Below are positions 35,801 through 49,247 of a stretch of 64,000 bases of DNA, one piece after another (within the stretch, counting starts at the first letter, position 1; every line of letters starts with the position of its first letter). A program made the position numbers and the translations under genes. Source of the DNA: Selaginella moellendorffii (taxonomy: Eukaryota > Plantae > Lycopodiophyta); contig NW_003314356.1 in assembly GCF_000143415.4 (NCBI RefSeq), positions 310,001 through 374,000 on the forward strand, read 5' to 3'. The notes beneath the pieces are model-generated. The model made no database searches, was not told where the DNA came from, and saw nothing but the letters and a program-made list of their open reading frames with translations.

Positions 35801-38800
35801 ATTCTCAGGTATCTTTCATGTACATAAAAAATCCCTAACTTAAATTTGCAGCTTTATTTCGCCAATGGCAATGTCAGTAAGTGGCACCTAGATGATGAGG
35901 GCGACAGCAGCTGGGAAACGACTAATAACATGGGAGAAACAAATATTAAAGTATGTAATATTTTGAATTGCAAGCTTCATTCAAGTATGGTTGCTTTCAG
36001 TTTAATCGCAAAGACAAACCAGTAGTCGTGAAGGAAGAACGACCACCAGAACCACCTGGAAAAAGCAAAAACAAAAAAGCTCCAGAGGCTGTAAAGGTTG
36101 AGGAACCAGCAGTTGTGGAGCCGCCAAAACCTCTGTTCCTTTCCCTTCCTACGAAGAAAGTTGTGAAAGTTTCAGATCCAGATACCGGGGCCTCCGTAAC
36201 AACTAGGGAAGATCTAGTTGTCATAGTTAACTCCCATGAGAACCAAACACGGCTGGTTCAACATGCCGATGGAACAGAGATTTTCAGCACTGTTACAGTT
36301 CAGAAGATTCAACGCCTTGATCCTGCTATTAGGGTTGAACCAGCTGCTAAGGATGAAACAGATGGCAAGGTCGGTGCTAACAGAGCGGTGGGTTTAGAAG
36401 TCGGAAAGTTTCCAACGCCTTCAGAAGAGACCACAACATTTCAGGATACGTCTGAAGTAAGAAATCCTGCCACAGAAGACGTTGTTAGAACTGTTGCATG
36501 GTGTGTCAAGAAAGAAGGATATGCGACTGTTCGTGGATCGGACACAGAAGTGAAAGTGGAATTTGGTTTATTTGGAGGGCGCTATACGGCACAGTGGTCC
36601 AAATCTGACCAACAGCTATCCCTTATTCTACCCTGTAGAAGTGTGCTGTTTCTCAGGGAAAGCACCGTGGGGTTTATTCCCTCAGATATTTCAGACCCCG
36701 ACGACCTAAGGGTCGAGATTTCAACTGGGTCAGATGCCAATCACGCAGCTTCAGAAGTGGAAGACTGGGAATCAAGGAATTTCCATCTCGGAGAGACGCC
36801 ATCTCGTGATGCTGCGAGCCCTTCCATCAACACCAATGGGAAGTATATCTACAATCTGGTAAGTGCATGGTTGTTAACTTCTTTATTTATTATTTCCTTC
36901 CCTTGCAGCTCAAAGGATCACTATGTCATACGGATTGTCATGGAAATGGATTTTTAATTCACGATGGACTGAAAGTTGATCGCATTGCTGCTGGCTTGTA
37001 TACAGAGCCAAAAGACTCAATGACAGTTGTAAACAATACGGCCCTTGCATCTGTCAATGAACGTGGGTATTCTGCTGGTAGGGACATTGAAGCGGTAAAA
37101 GTGGGAATCGACAATAATGACGGTGTAGACAAAGAACAAACAATCGCATTCCCTGAAAGAAACAACGAAGCAAATCATATGGTCTTGACACCCTTTCCAG
37201 AAGAAAATGGTAAGAAGAATTACAAGAGCATCTACAAAGGGCCTTCCATTCGGTTGTTTGGTTTCTACGAGGGTGGACATGGATTTGAAGTTCTAGACGA
37301 AAATGACGTTAACAAGTACATGAACTTTAAGAAGTTTGCTGGATGTCACTATGCATCAAATAAAATCAAAGCAGATGCTGAGGATGCCCGTTTCCACATG
37401 TTCGTCACAGTGCCTCAGAAAAAACAGTGCAGGAACCTTGATGACTTGAGCTTAAAGTGCACACCAATTCAAAAGGAGGGAGATATAGAGTACACTGGTC
37501 CATTTGATCTTTCACAGCGCAATTTTAGCTTACCAAGGTCCGTTGCACCGCCGAAAGTGGGCGGATTGCCAAACTGCAGGGTGACCATTCTCTTGTATCG
37601 TCAAATTCTGGACTACCCGCTGTTTCAACAAAAAGCTAAGGAGATTGTGAGCTTGGAAATTTATGCAAGTTTAAAAAACATTATGCATGAGGTACCCGCC
37701 TATTTTCCCCACCAACATGATAAAAAGACTCAGGAAGATCTTCTGAAACAAAACAACGTTTCAAACCAAATAATGGAGGTAAGAATTTTCATGTTTGAGC
37801 TACTAAAAATGAGCATCCTGCCGCAGAAGTTACGAAAGTCTTAAATGGGTGTAGGGTCTGGCGGAGCAAAGACTACAGTTTGCAAAAGCTGATTTCCAAT
37901 ACGAAAAGGGTCTTGCGAAAAATATATTTACACAGCTGAAAGATGCAGAAAATGAACGCCTGGAATCCATTGCAATGGAAATTCATAATAATAAGTTGAA
38001 GGTGGCGGTTGACTTTGCGAAATACAAAGAAAAAAAGAGGAAAATAGAGTGCATTCACAAGGCAACAAACGTACTTCAAAAGGAGGGCCCTTTCAGACCT
38101 GTATCCAACTTTCTTTTACTGTATTTTAGCTGCGAAGAGGGTCTAAGAGCAATTTTAGAGATTCTTAAAGTGAGTAGCTAAGCTGGCTGTTGATGCTTCC
38201 TCACATTGTTACGCTCATGCAGCGTCAAGAAGCAGACAACGGTGACGGAGACAAGGTATGTACTTCAAATCCAGTTACAGAAGAGCACTTTAGGAAGGGA
38301 AAGCACTCAGGTGCTTCAAATTATTCTCCGCTTGGACGTCCACTCAAAGTTGGACGATGGAAAAGCTTACTATCACAGGCAGAATCCGTTGTGTCAGAAG
38401 GAAGTCCACCTCATGGTGGACAAAAGAAATAAGAATTAGAGCAGGGGAGAACGCTCTTGTCAGAAGAACGTTTACTCAATGTTAAAAAATGGGCGCCTGT
38501 GAAAGGCATACTAGAACAGGGTGCTGGAAATCTGGTTTCAGACGCTACTGAGACTTCTGCTCCCGTGTGGAAGGTTAGAAACCTTGATAAACCTTCCATG
38601 CACTCATTGGAAAGGAAAGGAAAGGAAAGAGCACCGTTCTTTAGTTGAACGCAATGCTTCTCGTTCTTACTCCAACATAATCCTCGTTTTTGTTTGCTTT
38701 TTTTTTTTTTTTGTTTTTTTTTTTTGCCTCTTCTCTTGTTGAATTTACCCTGACCTATGGCAGAGCGAGGAGGTGGAAGTAAAAATTCATCAGCTATGTA

Positions 38801-40262
38801 GTTTGAATGGCCAACTCATTCTGAAGGTAGATATTATTCCAATTGAATATGCAAACACGTCAGATCTGAAGCAGCGGCAGGTACTATGATGGTATAAATC
38901 AATGAAATTGAAACTGTTTGTTTTAACTGAAAGGAAAACGTGTTTGATCCTGTGGAATCTGGAGGTGAAGAAATTTCGAGGATAGACGTGCACGCAATTG
39001 AAAACTTTAAGCCCAAAATAGAAAATATTCGAGAAAGTGTGAAAGTTAACCTTCAGGCCTTTGGAGGTCAAGCACCTGTCAAATTGCAGATACTCTATAA
39101 GGACGGCGTTTTTTCAAAGGTTTATTTTTCGGTTTGGACACAATTTATAAAGGTTTTTCACCTTGATTTATTCCAGCCAAGGTCAGCTTCTCCAGTAAGA
39201 GTATGGATAAAAGAGAGTACCTCACTAAAAGTGGGCCTTGTGCCCGAAATCATGGATGCCAGCTACCAAAGTCCAAAAGTGGTTGTCTCTGACGTGTTTC
39301 TCACTTTCATATTCATGTGTGCATGAACTGCAGAGCACAGAAGCTTCTGCAAAGGTTCATTTGCAAGAAGGACCTGGATTTGTCAAAGTTGAAGTTCTTA
39401 CAGAGGACGGTCAAATCAAGACAGTGCGTTGAGTTTTCTGAATAGCATTGTTTGCTTAAAATTACAGGCTCAGGCTCTGAGGCACAAGCTACATGACAAG
39501 GAGGAATGCGTACCAAGAGAAGACAATATCACCAGAAAAATCAGATACATGAAAGAAGATTGGGTTCCAAGAGAAGTAGAAGAAGATAGCATGATAAAAG
39601 ACCCGCTTTTTTGGGAATGTAAAATGGACCTTTCCAGGACAAGGTATTTTAACTTTTCTTCAGTTAGAGTAACTTTCTCTTGATTGCAGTTCCAGTAAAG
39701 TCATTTGGTCTCCTAATGAGAAGTATCTTGAAGGAAGAAATATGACTAAACTACCGCTACAAACAGCATCTATGAAACTTTTCAAAAGACTACGTCCAAA
39801 AGTGGACAGGCCTCAGTTTAATGTGTCACCTGAGGTTATTAATTTTAAAAGACTAAGATTTGGGACTACAAGAATGAAGGTGACTTTTTTGAAAAATTAT
39901 ATTACACATTTGTAAGAGATTTCTGGATTCTACAGGTTTTGACGATTTCAAATTATCAATCCGATCTGAGCCGCTTCAAAGTTTTCACTTGTGAGAAGTC
40001 AATTAGAGTTGTATATGACCATGGCGCGGTAATCTGTCCTTTCTTATAGTTCTGCTTATATTTTCTGTGCAGTTAGCTGCTGGAATGGATAAGCGTTTAA
40101 AAATTTATTTGGAAGGCTGTATACATGGTTCATTTCTTGGGAAGGTACACTTTTTTGTGTTTTCAATCATTTATTAAGTTAGCTGTTCTGCAGGTGCATA
40201 TAGAAACCGAGTTCGATATTTACATTATTCCAGTCATAGCAGAAATTGTCCAGATTCTATAG
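32866..40262 (+). CDS. SPAG17: SPAG17/PF6-like central-pair projection protein (many exons, ~50-nt introns)
   Basis: DPDTGASVTTREDLVVIV...RLVQHADGTEIF motif; C-terminal PapD/ASH-like segment (FNVSPEVINF...LTISN...LAAGM); stop TAG at 40260-40262. Start ATG and some exon edges are approximate. Confidence 0.78.
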
Positions 40263-41359
40263 TGTTTGTGAATCTCCTCCAATGAAACCTTCACAATGAG
40301 CAGAAAATCCAGCTCCAATTAGAAATTTTCCTGCTGTATGTATGATCCAGTGTCAGAAATTTTGTAATCTTAACCCTACCACATACCCAGGGAAATCCGA
40401 GCTGTGATTTCATACCCAAACCAATTTTGCATGGGTATATGAATGAGTGTGTGACTGGGTAAAGGAATATGCATGGTAATTTTGATGGGTAAAATGTATG
40501 AAGAAAGAAATATCGATAAATTTACCTTTCATCGAAGACAAGGGTGATCATGGTCAAGATCACAACCAAGAGACTTGGGTCGGGAGTTTCTTTTAGCTAA
40601 AGGTGCTCTTGTGCCCGCCCCAGACAGTGTTTCGTGGTGGAGGCTCACCCCAGCGGGGCTCCAGCACAGTCTATGCACCAATTCATGGAATGAGATCAAG
40701 AGGGTTTGTTTTAGAATTTCTCGCTTACGTCTTTGAAGTGATACTCCCAGCTGTGCTTAATAAAGATTGCCCTACGCACTGCATTGGTGAAGTTTGAGAT
40801 AGAACCACCAGACTCTTGACGAATCTTTTACAATGCCGTAGATCCATAGAAACCATCCAATCGCTCCATGGGTGGGTCTATGTCGCTGGCATTGGCTATA
40901 ATGACCGGAAAACTTACAGTTCACCGAGATGCAATAGATAAAACACTTCATATAGAATCTCAAGACATAGTTGCATTATCCAGAAGATCACAAGACTATG
41001 TTGTTGTGCTTGACGTCAAATCCTCAATTTTCTCCTACTCATCATTCTATATTTAAAAGAGCAAGGGCAACATATTCAATCTAGATTCTTATTTTCTTTG
41101 AATTGCTTGGATGTGTACACATGGCAAAAAATGGTTGAGGTGGTTATTATGAGTTTAGGGCTACATTTTTATAGGGTTCCAATGCAATCGTCCACTCCAT
41201 TTGAGCTCCAAATGCACTCTCCATTTTATCTGAGTGTCACCAACTGGACTAATCTGGCCTCTTTTTACTCTTTCCCACTTCACAGAGAGTTCACTTTTCT
41301 ACAGGCATTCTGAGTTGAGGTAGATTGCCTGGAAAAAAATATGTTTTTCCCACCTTGGT

Positions 41360-41418
41360 CATCATACTACAGCCTCTAGAGGTCTGTTATCGCTCTCTTT
41401 GCTCTACAGGCAATCGCG
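41360..41418 (+). pseudogene. Phosphoenolpyruvate carboxylase fragment
   Basis: ILQPLEVCYRSLCSTG; duplicate of about 43878-43930. Confidence 0.65.
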
Positions 41419-41444
41419 ATGGTGCAGTTTCCTCCTCTGGAGAA

Positions 41445-42786
41445 TGTGGCTAGAGCACCTAAAGGCGAAAGGCGGGAAGAGTACCCATGAGGCTTGCGTA
41501 AAACCACAGTGTTCTGAAATGTTTTCCCAAAGTCCCAAACAGTGAAAGGGAAGAGGAGTAGGCCTCTAATGCAGTGACCAAGGATACGATCACATGGTGA
41601 GGAAGTCCCAAAGGATAGGGGGACTTAGCGGTCAGGCCTGCGGGCCTTGATCCAGTGGCAGTGTTGGCGAACACGGCCATAGACTAAAAGGGACTTGGTG
41701 GGGATTGGAAAAGAGTTGTCGGGGAAGGCTATTCCCCATGTCTGCGGGCATCCTAAGGATGCTAAGGAGTAGATCTGGGATGATCACTCATGGACGGACG
41801 GCCCAGTCTTTGAGAGACGGGATTATGATGTAGGTGGCTTTAGACCACCGGAGTGACCAAAGTTAATGGGCATGGCCTAGCGTAACGGGCTGGTATGTCG
41901 GTGGTACCTTGGGGTGTCGGTCATGGGATCGGACAGATGGAGCACTTGGACCAAGTGCAAAGGTTGAGTGGCATGGATGCCATTCTCAGGGCTGGCAAGC
42001 CCCAAGTCCTAACTGGGACTTATGGAGGTTGTGAATGAGACTCCTCCAAGTGGTCGGAGGTGCAGTTAAGTGACTAAAGTAAAATGGAAAAATTAGTCGC
42101 TTACAAGAACCTTGCTCTAAGCCCATGGCTAAAGCACCCAAAGGTGGAAGGCAAGGAGAGTACCCATGAAGCTCGCGTAGGGCCACAATGTTCCAAAATG
42201 TTGTCCCAAAGGCCCAAATTGTGGAAAGGAAGAGGATTAATCCTCTGATGTAGTGATCAAGGATACAGTCAGGTGGTGAGGAAGTCCCAGAGGACCGTGG
42301 GACTTAGTGGTCGGGCCTATGGGCCTCGATCTAGTGGCAGTGTTGGCAAACACGGCCATGGGCAGCAAGGGACTTGGTGGGGACCAGACAAGGGATATTG
42401 GGGAAGGCTATTCCCCATATCTGTGGGCATCCTAAGGATGTTAAGAAGTGGATCTGGGATGATCACTCATGGACGGATGGCCCGGTCTTTGGGAGACGGG
42501 ATTGTGATGTAGGTGGTGTCAAACCATCGGTGTGACCAAGGTGAATGGGCATGGCCTTAGCGTAATAGGCTGATATGTTGGTGGTACCTTGGGGTGTCAG
42601 TTATGGGATCGAACACGAGGAGCACTTGGACTAAGTGCAATGGTTGAGTGGCATGAATGCCATTCTTGGGGCTAGTAAGTCCCTAAGTCTAGAATAGGAC
42701 TTACGGAGGTTGTGAGGGAGACTCCTCCAAGTGGTCGGAGGTGTGGTTAAGTGACTAAAGTAGAATGGAAAATTTAGTCGCTTACA
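41445..42786 (+). repeat. Two tandem 3'-half fragments of the family B LTR
   Basis: Both end in GTCGCTTACA (42105 and 42786); reverse complements of about 10726-11400. Confidence 0.85.
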
Positions 42787-43162
42787 GTTAGGCTCTAGTC
42801 ACCATGGTCCTTCTTTTAGGGTCTACTAAAAATTGGTTCTCCCTCTAGATCCATCATTTTGAATATTCCTTCAGAATATTTTTGCCCCACTCGTCAACCA
42901 TGAGAATCTAATTGGGCTCCAAATGTTAGGATCTTATCCCTTACACCCTAAGCCAACTAGCTAAAGGGGTGATCACTTTATTGCAGGGCCCTTTCTTTAT
43001 CCTATTGTCTTGACTTGGTGCCTAACAAAAGATGAGTTGATCAGTGTTGGTTTTCCAGCATTGCTCTGCATCATTTGCTGGTAAGGATAATCCCAAAGGA
43101 GAATCAACATACTGCTTTGTTGTTTCTCCAGTTCTTTAGTGGTAGTGACGATGCCACACTTA

Positions 43163-43275
43163 CCACTAATCAAGCTCCAGCCATCCACTGAAACTGCTAG
43201 GCTGGTGATAGTTGAGAAATGCTTCTCCAAAACAGTGGAAGATTTTTTTGTCACTAGATCCCACACCCGTATGAG
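43163..43275 (-). pseudogene. WD40 fragment resembling TBL3/UTP13
   Basis: IRVWDLVTKKSSTVLEKHFSTITSLAVSVDGWSLISG; isolated fragment. Confidence 0.6.
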
Positions 43276-43877
43276 GGATAAGGTATTTCTTTTTTCAATA
43301 AACAAATACAGTGTTGTTGCATGGAGGTTCAAAATATTTGGAGTCTTTATGACTAAAGGTACTGCATGAAGGAACTGTACAGGTAATTGAAGAAATGGAC
43401 GCAATCTGTGTTCTAGATGGCTGCAATCGACCAGGAAGTTCTATCTTGAGAAGAAGGGCTCGAAGCCAAATATGTTACTGTTGGCAAGCTTGGAGTTATC
43501 CATATGTTCTCTATCGAAGGGTCTGTATGAGGAATGATCATTAGTTTGTCTTGCATTGATTTTATTTTTATTTCTGGTGACTATAGGGGAAATTGCATAA
43601 ACAAAAAAAATTCTTTCAACGTTTGCATAGCAACAGATGATATGGACAAGACAAAGCATGGGTTTACTATGGCATATATTCTTCTAGATGCAAAAGGAGT
43701 TCTTTGCATCACACATGATCATCTCATTTCCTTTTATGAGCCATTTCTAGTAGACTACAAACAAAGAGATTTGCACAATCAGCAAGTGCTTAGAGAAGAT
43801 TGTAGAGTTAAGGCATTCTAAGTAAAGGTATGCTATGGATTGCCTGGAAAAATATATAAGCTTTTCCCACCTTGCTC

Positions 43878-44086
43878 ATCATACTGCAGCCTCTGGAGGT
43901 CTATTATCTCTCTCTCTACTCTACAGGTGACAAACCAATTACGATTGAAGCTTGCTGGACTTCATGCATCAAGTCACAAGCTTTGGGCTGGGACTTACGA
44001 GATTAGACATTCTTGAGAAGTCTGAGAGGCATACAGATGTTATGGATACCATCACGAATCATCTTGGCCTGAGTAGCTACAGAGAT
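43878..44086 (+). pseudogene. Phosphoenolpyruvate carboxylase fragment (frameshifted)
   Basis: ILQPLEVYYLSLYSTGDKPI.../[44 protein letters not shown] resembles plant PEPC [30 protein letters not shown]. Confidence 0.8.
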
Positions 44087-46030
44087 GAGACCGAGTCCAA
44101 AATTGAGTCCAAGACTGACTTTGAGACCGAGTTTGAGACCAAGTCCGAGATTGAGTCTGAGATCCAAGATCAAGTCTGAGATCCAAGATCAAGTCTGAGA
44201 CTGAGTTCGAATACTAAAATAGGTTGTTGTAAGCAACCAAAGAGAATGACTCGAGAGACGATCCATAGGGTTCAAATATAGAGGGAAAGGGCCCATGAAT
44301 AAGAGTGCACCCCTTTTCCAATCAGTTAAGGGTCTTGGGATACTTGGAGTTAAGCATCCTTGGGTTTGAATAGTACTGGGCTGGGTGACCTCTCGGGAAG
44401 TCCAAATTCAGGAACTTACATTTGGTATCAGAGAGGTCTCGGGTCCGACTCTATTGGTTGGCTAAGGGAATCACACCACATGTTGATTGACATTTGGCTG
44501 GTCCATTTTGCTCCTACTAGGCTCGACCCGAGGGGTAGGGTGTCAAGAAAGTGGGGCTCTCGGGAGAGCTGTGGCTCTCAGCTTCCGTTCACGAGAGCAT
44601 GAACTTGCAGGGAAGCGTGGTGGATTGTAAACAACCAAAGAGAACAACTCGAGAGACAATCAATGGGGTTCAAATATAGAGGGAAAGGGCCCATGAATAA
44701 GAGTGCACCCCCTTTTCCAATCGGTTAAGGGTTTTAGGATACTTGGAGTTAAATGTCCTTGGGTTTGAATAGTACTAGGCTGGGTAACCTCCCGGGAAGT
44801 CCAAATTCAGAAGCTTACAGTTATGGGGTGAAAACCCAAAGTGATCATCTCCTACATGAGGCATTGAAGGGTGTTCCAAAAGTATAGTACGGATAATGAG
44901 GATAAGGACCTAGTCTTGAAGGAATTCTTCAATAGTGCTTCTAAAATGAGTTGAGGTTAGGACTGATTAGTGGCCTTGGGTGGAAATGAGCATGGATTTG
45001 GGGGGTGCCAGAGAGGCCTCTTAAGGAAGTGCTTAAGAATAGCTCTTACTCTTGAAAAGGAAACTGACTATAGTGCTTTTGGCTCATATAGACTGGTGCT
45101 TCACTTGAGTACCATATGGCTCATTATAGGGGCTTGGGTTTTCCTTTTGGGAAGGAGTGGGGGAATAGGAGTACCCATACCAGGCCATTTAGCCATGGTG
45201 TTTCTCTTTAGGGTCCCAAAGTAAGAGATGCACTCAAGGTTTGGGATTTAGAAGGTTCGATGATTAAATCTTATTATATGATAGGATGTTAAGAACATAA
45301 AGGTTTAGTGTGCTTGGCTGCTTATGCGTGTGGAGAATATAGTTGAAACTTAAGTCCAATTTAACTCCTTGGGGAGGGGGATTATGAGAGAATGTAGAAA
45401 ATTTTGAATGGATGGCTAACACCCTAATGCTTGTGCAATGAGTATTTGAATCCAAGATGGAACCTCCAATCAAACAAAGAACTACGATGAGGAATCCCTG
45501 CATAAAGAGGATTCTAGTAGGGAGACTTCCAAATAGGTGTCTAGTGGTGAGGTTCAATTATCCAAGGCTCAACTGGATACTCTAGACGGTCAATTGCCAC
45601 AAATCAATGCTCTAGTAGAGACCCTCATACATAAGCTAAAGTATGACAAGAAACATAAGAAAAGGCAAAAGACTGTAAATGCTAGTAATGTAGAAGGTGT
45701 TGACCATTTGGCAAGCATTGAGGTAGGACTAGACAAAATCGAGCAAATTAAGGTGGGAGTTTATCCCTCAAGCAGTTCTTAAGTATAAATCAATACCCTC
45801 ACCAGTCTTAAAAGGAGTGAATGACTATAAAGTGGATGGAAGATTAGTTTTACAATATGAAGGATTATTTTTGAGCATTGCGGTTACCAAACTTGAAAAA
45901 TGTCTTATGTGCAAAAGCATATTTAGCATATAATATTAAAACTAATGATAGGGGCCAACGAGGAATCGTTGGCCATTTGGGAAGTGATAAAGGTGAGGAT
46001 TCAAGCAATCTATATTTCTCCAAATGCAAC
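44084..46030 (+). mobile_element. Degenerate family A copy (LTR plus 5' gag) interrupted by Cassandra
   Basis: Aligns to LTR A and to gag 5650-6240 (SSGEVQLSKAQLDTLDGQL) with stops and frameshifts. Confidence 0.82.
44228..44819 (+). mobile_element. Cassandra TRIM (LTRs carrying a 5S rRNA-like domain)
   Basis: LTRs 44228-44420 and 44626-44819; PBS TGGTATCAGAG 44423-44433; purine-rich tract before LTR2; TSD GTTGT/GTTAT. 5S-like core AGTTAAGCATCCTTGGG...TAGTACTGGGCTGGGTGACCTCTCGGGAAGTCC at 44348-44403. Confidence 0.9.
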
Positions 46031-46344
46031 TAAGGGAAAGGGCATATAAACAAGAATGCATATCCTTTTTCAATTGGTTAAATTGGTTATTTGGTGTTAT
46101 ATATTCTTGGGTTTAAATAATATTAAGCTATGTGACCTCCCAAGAAGTCCAAATTCAAGAGATTACAATTGGATACTTTGCATAACTTATCAAAACCTTG
46201 CTCTAGCTATATAGCTGGGGCATCCTAGTGGTGCAAGGTGGAGGGAGTAGCCACAATGCTTGTGCTAGGCTGTAGTGCTCTGAAATGCCATTTTGAAGTT
46301 TTGGATCTTGGAGAAGAAGAAGAGTGGTGCTCTTGTTTTGTGAC

Positions 46345-47034
46345 TGTAGCACATGTGATCATGGGATGAGATTTGGATATACTGTCACTATGGATCTTTG
46401 GAACTTTGGAACTTTGGGGGACAAATGGGAATAAAATAACCACTAAGGGCTCTCTCATAAAGCACTTGCCCCTTTTTCAATTGGATTAAGGGGAGAGAGA
46501 TAAAGTGTGTTATATGTGGTATCAAAACAAATGGCATGGGTTTGATTCCTATTGATTAATGGCTACTTAAAAATATAATATACCCTTGAGCAAGGTATAT
46601 TCCTACCCCTAAATTTGAAATTGTACATATTGGGCATCCATGCATACATCCTTCCTCTTGGTGGAGCATCCACTAACAAAGGTATCCACCATGGGCCTGT
46701 GGTACAGGTGGATGACTAATTGCTTCACATGGAATAATTAGTCTACGCAATGGAAGAATTGCTAGATTCAATGTAGAAATGGAGGTGTTAGTTCTTCTTG
46801 GCTCAATAAAGGTTATTAGTCAATAGTCAATAAAGACATTAAATCTTTGAAGGAGGGGGGGGGGGGGGTGAGTGTAGCCCATATGATAATGTGATGAGAT
46901 TTGGACATATTGTCACCGTGGATCTTTGGAACTTTGGGGAATAAATGAGGATAAAATAACCACTAAAGGCTTTTTCACAAAGCAATTGCCCCTTTTTTTA
47001 TTAGATTAAAGGGAGAGAGATAAGGTGTGCTACA
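46345..47034 (+). mobile_element. TRIM of a second family (about 160-bp LTRs), copy 1
   Basis: TGTAGC...GCTACA ends, PBS-like TGGTATCAAAAC, G-rich PPT, TSD GTGAC/ATGAC; homologous to 60832-61508. Confidence 0.8.
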
Positions 47035-47199
47035 ATGACCAAAGTATGGATATATAGTGATGAAGCTCCAGAGATTAGCAGTTTTTAGTGAATGGGCCTT
47101 TAGGCCCTAAACCAATGGTGGTGTTGGTGGAAACTACTATGAATGGAGAAGGACTTAGTGGTGATTAAAGATGGAATATTGAGAGATAGTGTTCTTTAT

Positions 47200-48180
47200 G
47201 TCTTGGAGTAATTTTATTCTTTTAAATATATATCTCATTTTTTGGTATGAGTGCAATAATCCCATCAATAGAATTGTCTAGCCATTCTCTAGTGCATATG
47301 ACCTCCTTCCATATGTTGAAAACTTTTGGCCCTAACCATTCCCAGCTCTTTTTGTAGAAGGTTGGCGGCATCCTATCTTGGCTTAGCATCTTATCATCTT
47401 TTAAGTTGTGTAGCACCTCTTGGAGTTCGTCTATAGTGCACAATGGCAAAGTGTATTTGATAGGGACGTGCTCTAGTAGTTGATTCAATTTTATATGTCA
47501 GTTCTTGTCCTAAGTCTCTGCCTTGAAAAGCTAAGTGCAGTACTATTCTGCTATATGATGCATGTCATCCAAGTCTGTGTGGATGTTGTCTTGTTTGTCC
47601 TTGAGGCCAAACATCAGAGATGAGACAATCTTAGGTTTTATGGAGAGATAAAACTCTCTATTCAGTGCTAATTCACTAGTATGCCACCAAATATGCCCTA
47701 CTTGTAAGAAAGCTTCCATTCTGTTTGCCTCAATCTTATCCAATTAGCACTTAACTTGAATTTTCTATGTGTGCAGCCATGGATCATTGGGATTGTTCTG
47801 AAGATCAACATTGATTGAATTGAGAACCACTCAGATGCATTGAACTGTGCTAAAGACTCATTTGTCCTTTTGGATCTTAGAGAGAATCTCCTTGGCAACA
47901 TGGAGTGTAAAAAAGTGTAGATCCTTGTTATATTTTTGCAATTGTTTATGTAGGTGTCAATTGTTATTGAAGTTCTCAAAAAAAAAATTTGGGATTGCTG
48001 TTGGTTTCCGAAGCCCCAGAGTTTGATAGGGTGATGATCTATGTTGTCAATATCTAGTTTGCCACCTTGCATAGACAAGTCCATGGTGAGGTAGAAGCGG
48101 TCTAGTTGTCTTTGGATACCCTTGCTTTGACATTCTTCCCAAGTGCACAGAGATTCATATACAAAAAATCTAAGGATCTC
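47200..48180 (-). pseudogene. Degenerate LINE ORF2 fragment (end of endonuclease to start of RT)
   Basis: RQLDRFYLT and DHHPI (EN motifs); KMLSQDRMPPTFYKKSW...GIIALIPK (pre-RT motif); stops and frameshifts. Confidence 0.78.
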
Positions 48181-49247
48181 GTGTCATATGTTACAAGTAC
48201 CAAGATGCTCAAGGTCCCTTGCATCTACCAATCTCTAGATTCTATAACTGTTCTCTCTAGGAAAACTTAAACACAGTATATTTGTTAGTTAGAGGAGTGC
48301 TTGGATCATGTGATTCTTTTGTTTCTAGGAACATAGAATACAAGAGGGTAATTAATCATAGTTTCACCCTCTTGTCTCTATAAAACACATCATCTTTACC
48401 AATACCTCCTACATTCCATAATAGTACCTATAGATAAGTCATTGTCACTATTGCAAGAAATTTCACTGCATTTGTAGCACACATGATTTTCACCCTTTAT
48501 CCTATAGTGATTATAACTATGAAACAAAACCTAAATCCTCTATATGCCATATGTCACATGCTATATGCCACATGCCATATGCCTTATGCCACAATTCAAA
48601 AGCAATGGAGCAAAACCTGAATTTTAGGGGATTGTGCCACTAAATAAAGGGATGGAGCCAAACTCCTAAGCATGGAGCCAAAGAATAAAGGTATTAATGC
48701 ATGGAGCGACTCTTGAGTGTATAACCTAAGGAGCAAAAAGACAGAAGCATAGAATGACATTGGAATAGTCTTAGAGCTTTTAGCATCCCAATGCTAGGTC
48801 CATAAAAACTCTATTTCGTTAAAGTGGGAATTGTCATTATCCCACTTGTAAAATAAGGTTTCCAAACCTTTATATAGTATATAAATATAACAAAATTCAA
48901 CTGCATTGAGGCACATGCCATTTTATTTTAAACAAGGAAATGTCTACTCAATCACTTCTCCTCCCCCTGCCACTGCTTCACCTCTCTCTTCTCCTTGTCA
49001 TCGTTGTCCAATTTCTTTCCATCCTTTTAATATTGGCTCAGTTGCTCCGAGTCTAGGTGGAGCCCAAGTCCCCATTCAATCTTTACTTTCCCCTTATTAA
49101 TAAAACAACTTCGTAGACTTCCAATAACATGCTGTAACACTTCTAGTATAATGCAAATCCTCTCAAAGAATTGTCTTTTAATATTAATACAATGGCATGG
49201 AACCCCATGCCATAATAAGTTACATTTTTAAATAAATACATGCCATC

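Noticed and set aside
44348-44403. 5S rRNA gene
   Set aside because: Only the internal portion is present, duplicated within TRIM LTRs (Cassandra).
48541-48593. ATGCCA(C/T) heptamer run as part of the palindrome family
   Set aside because: It is a direct tandem repeat outside the TIR, belonging to the flanking repeat family (similar run at about 63243-63280).
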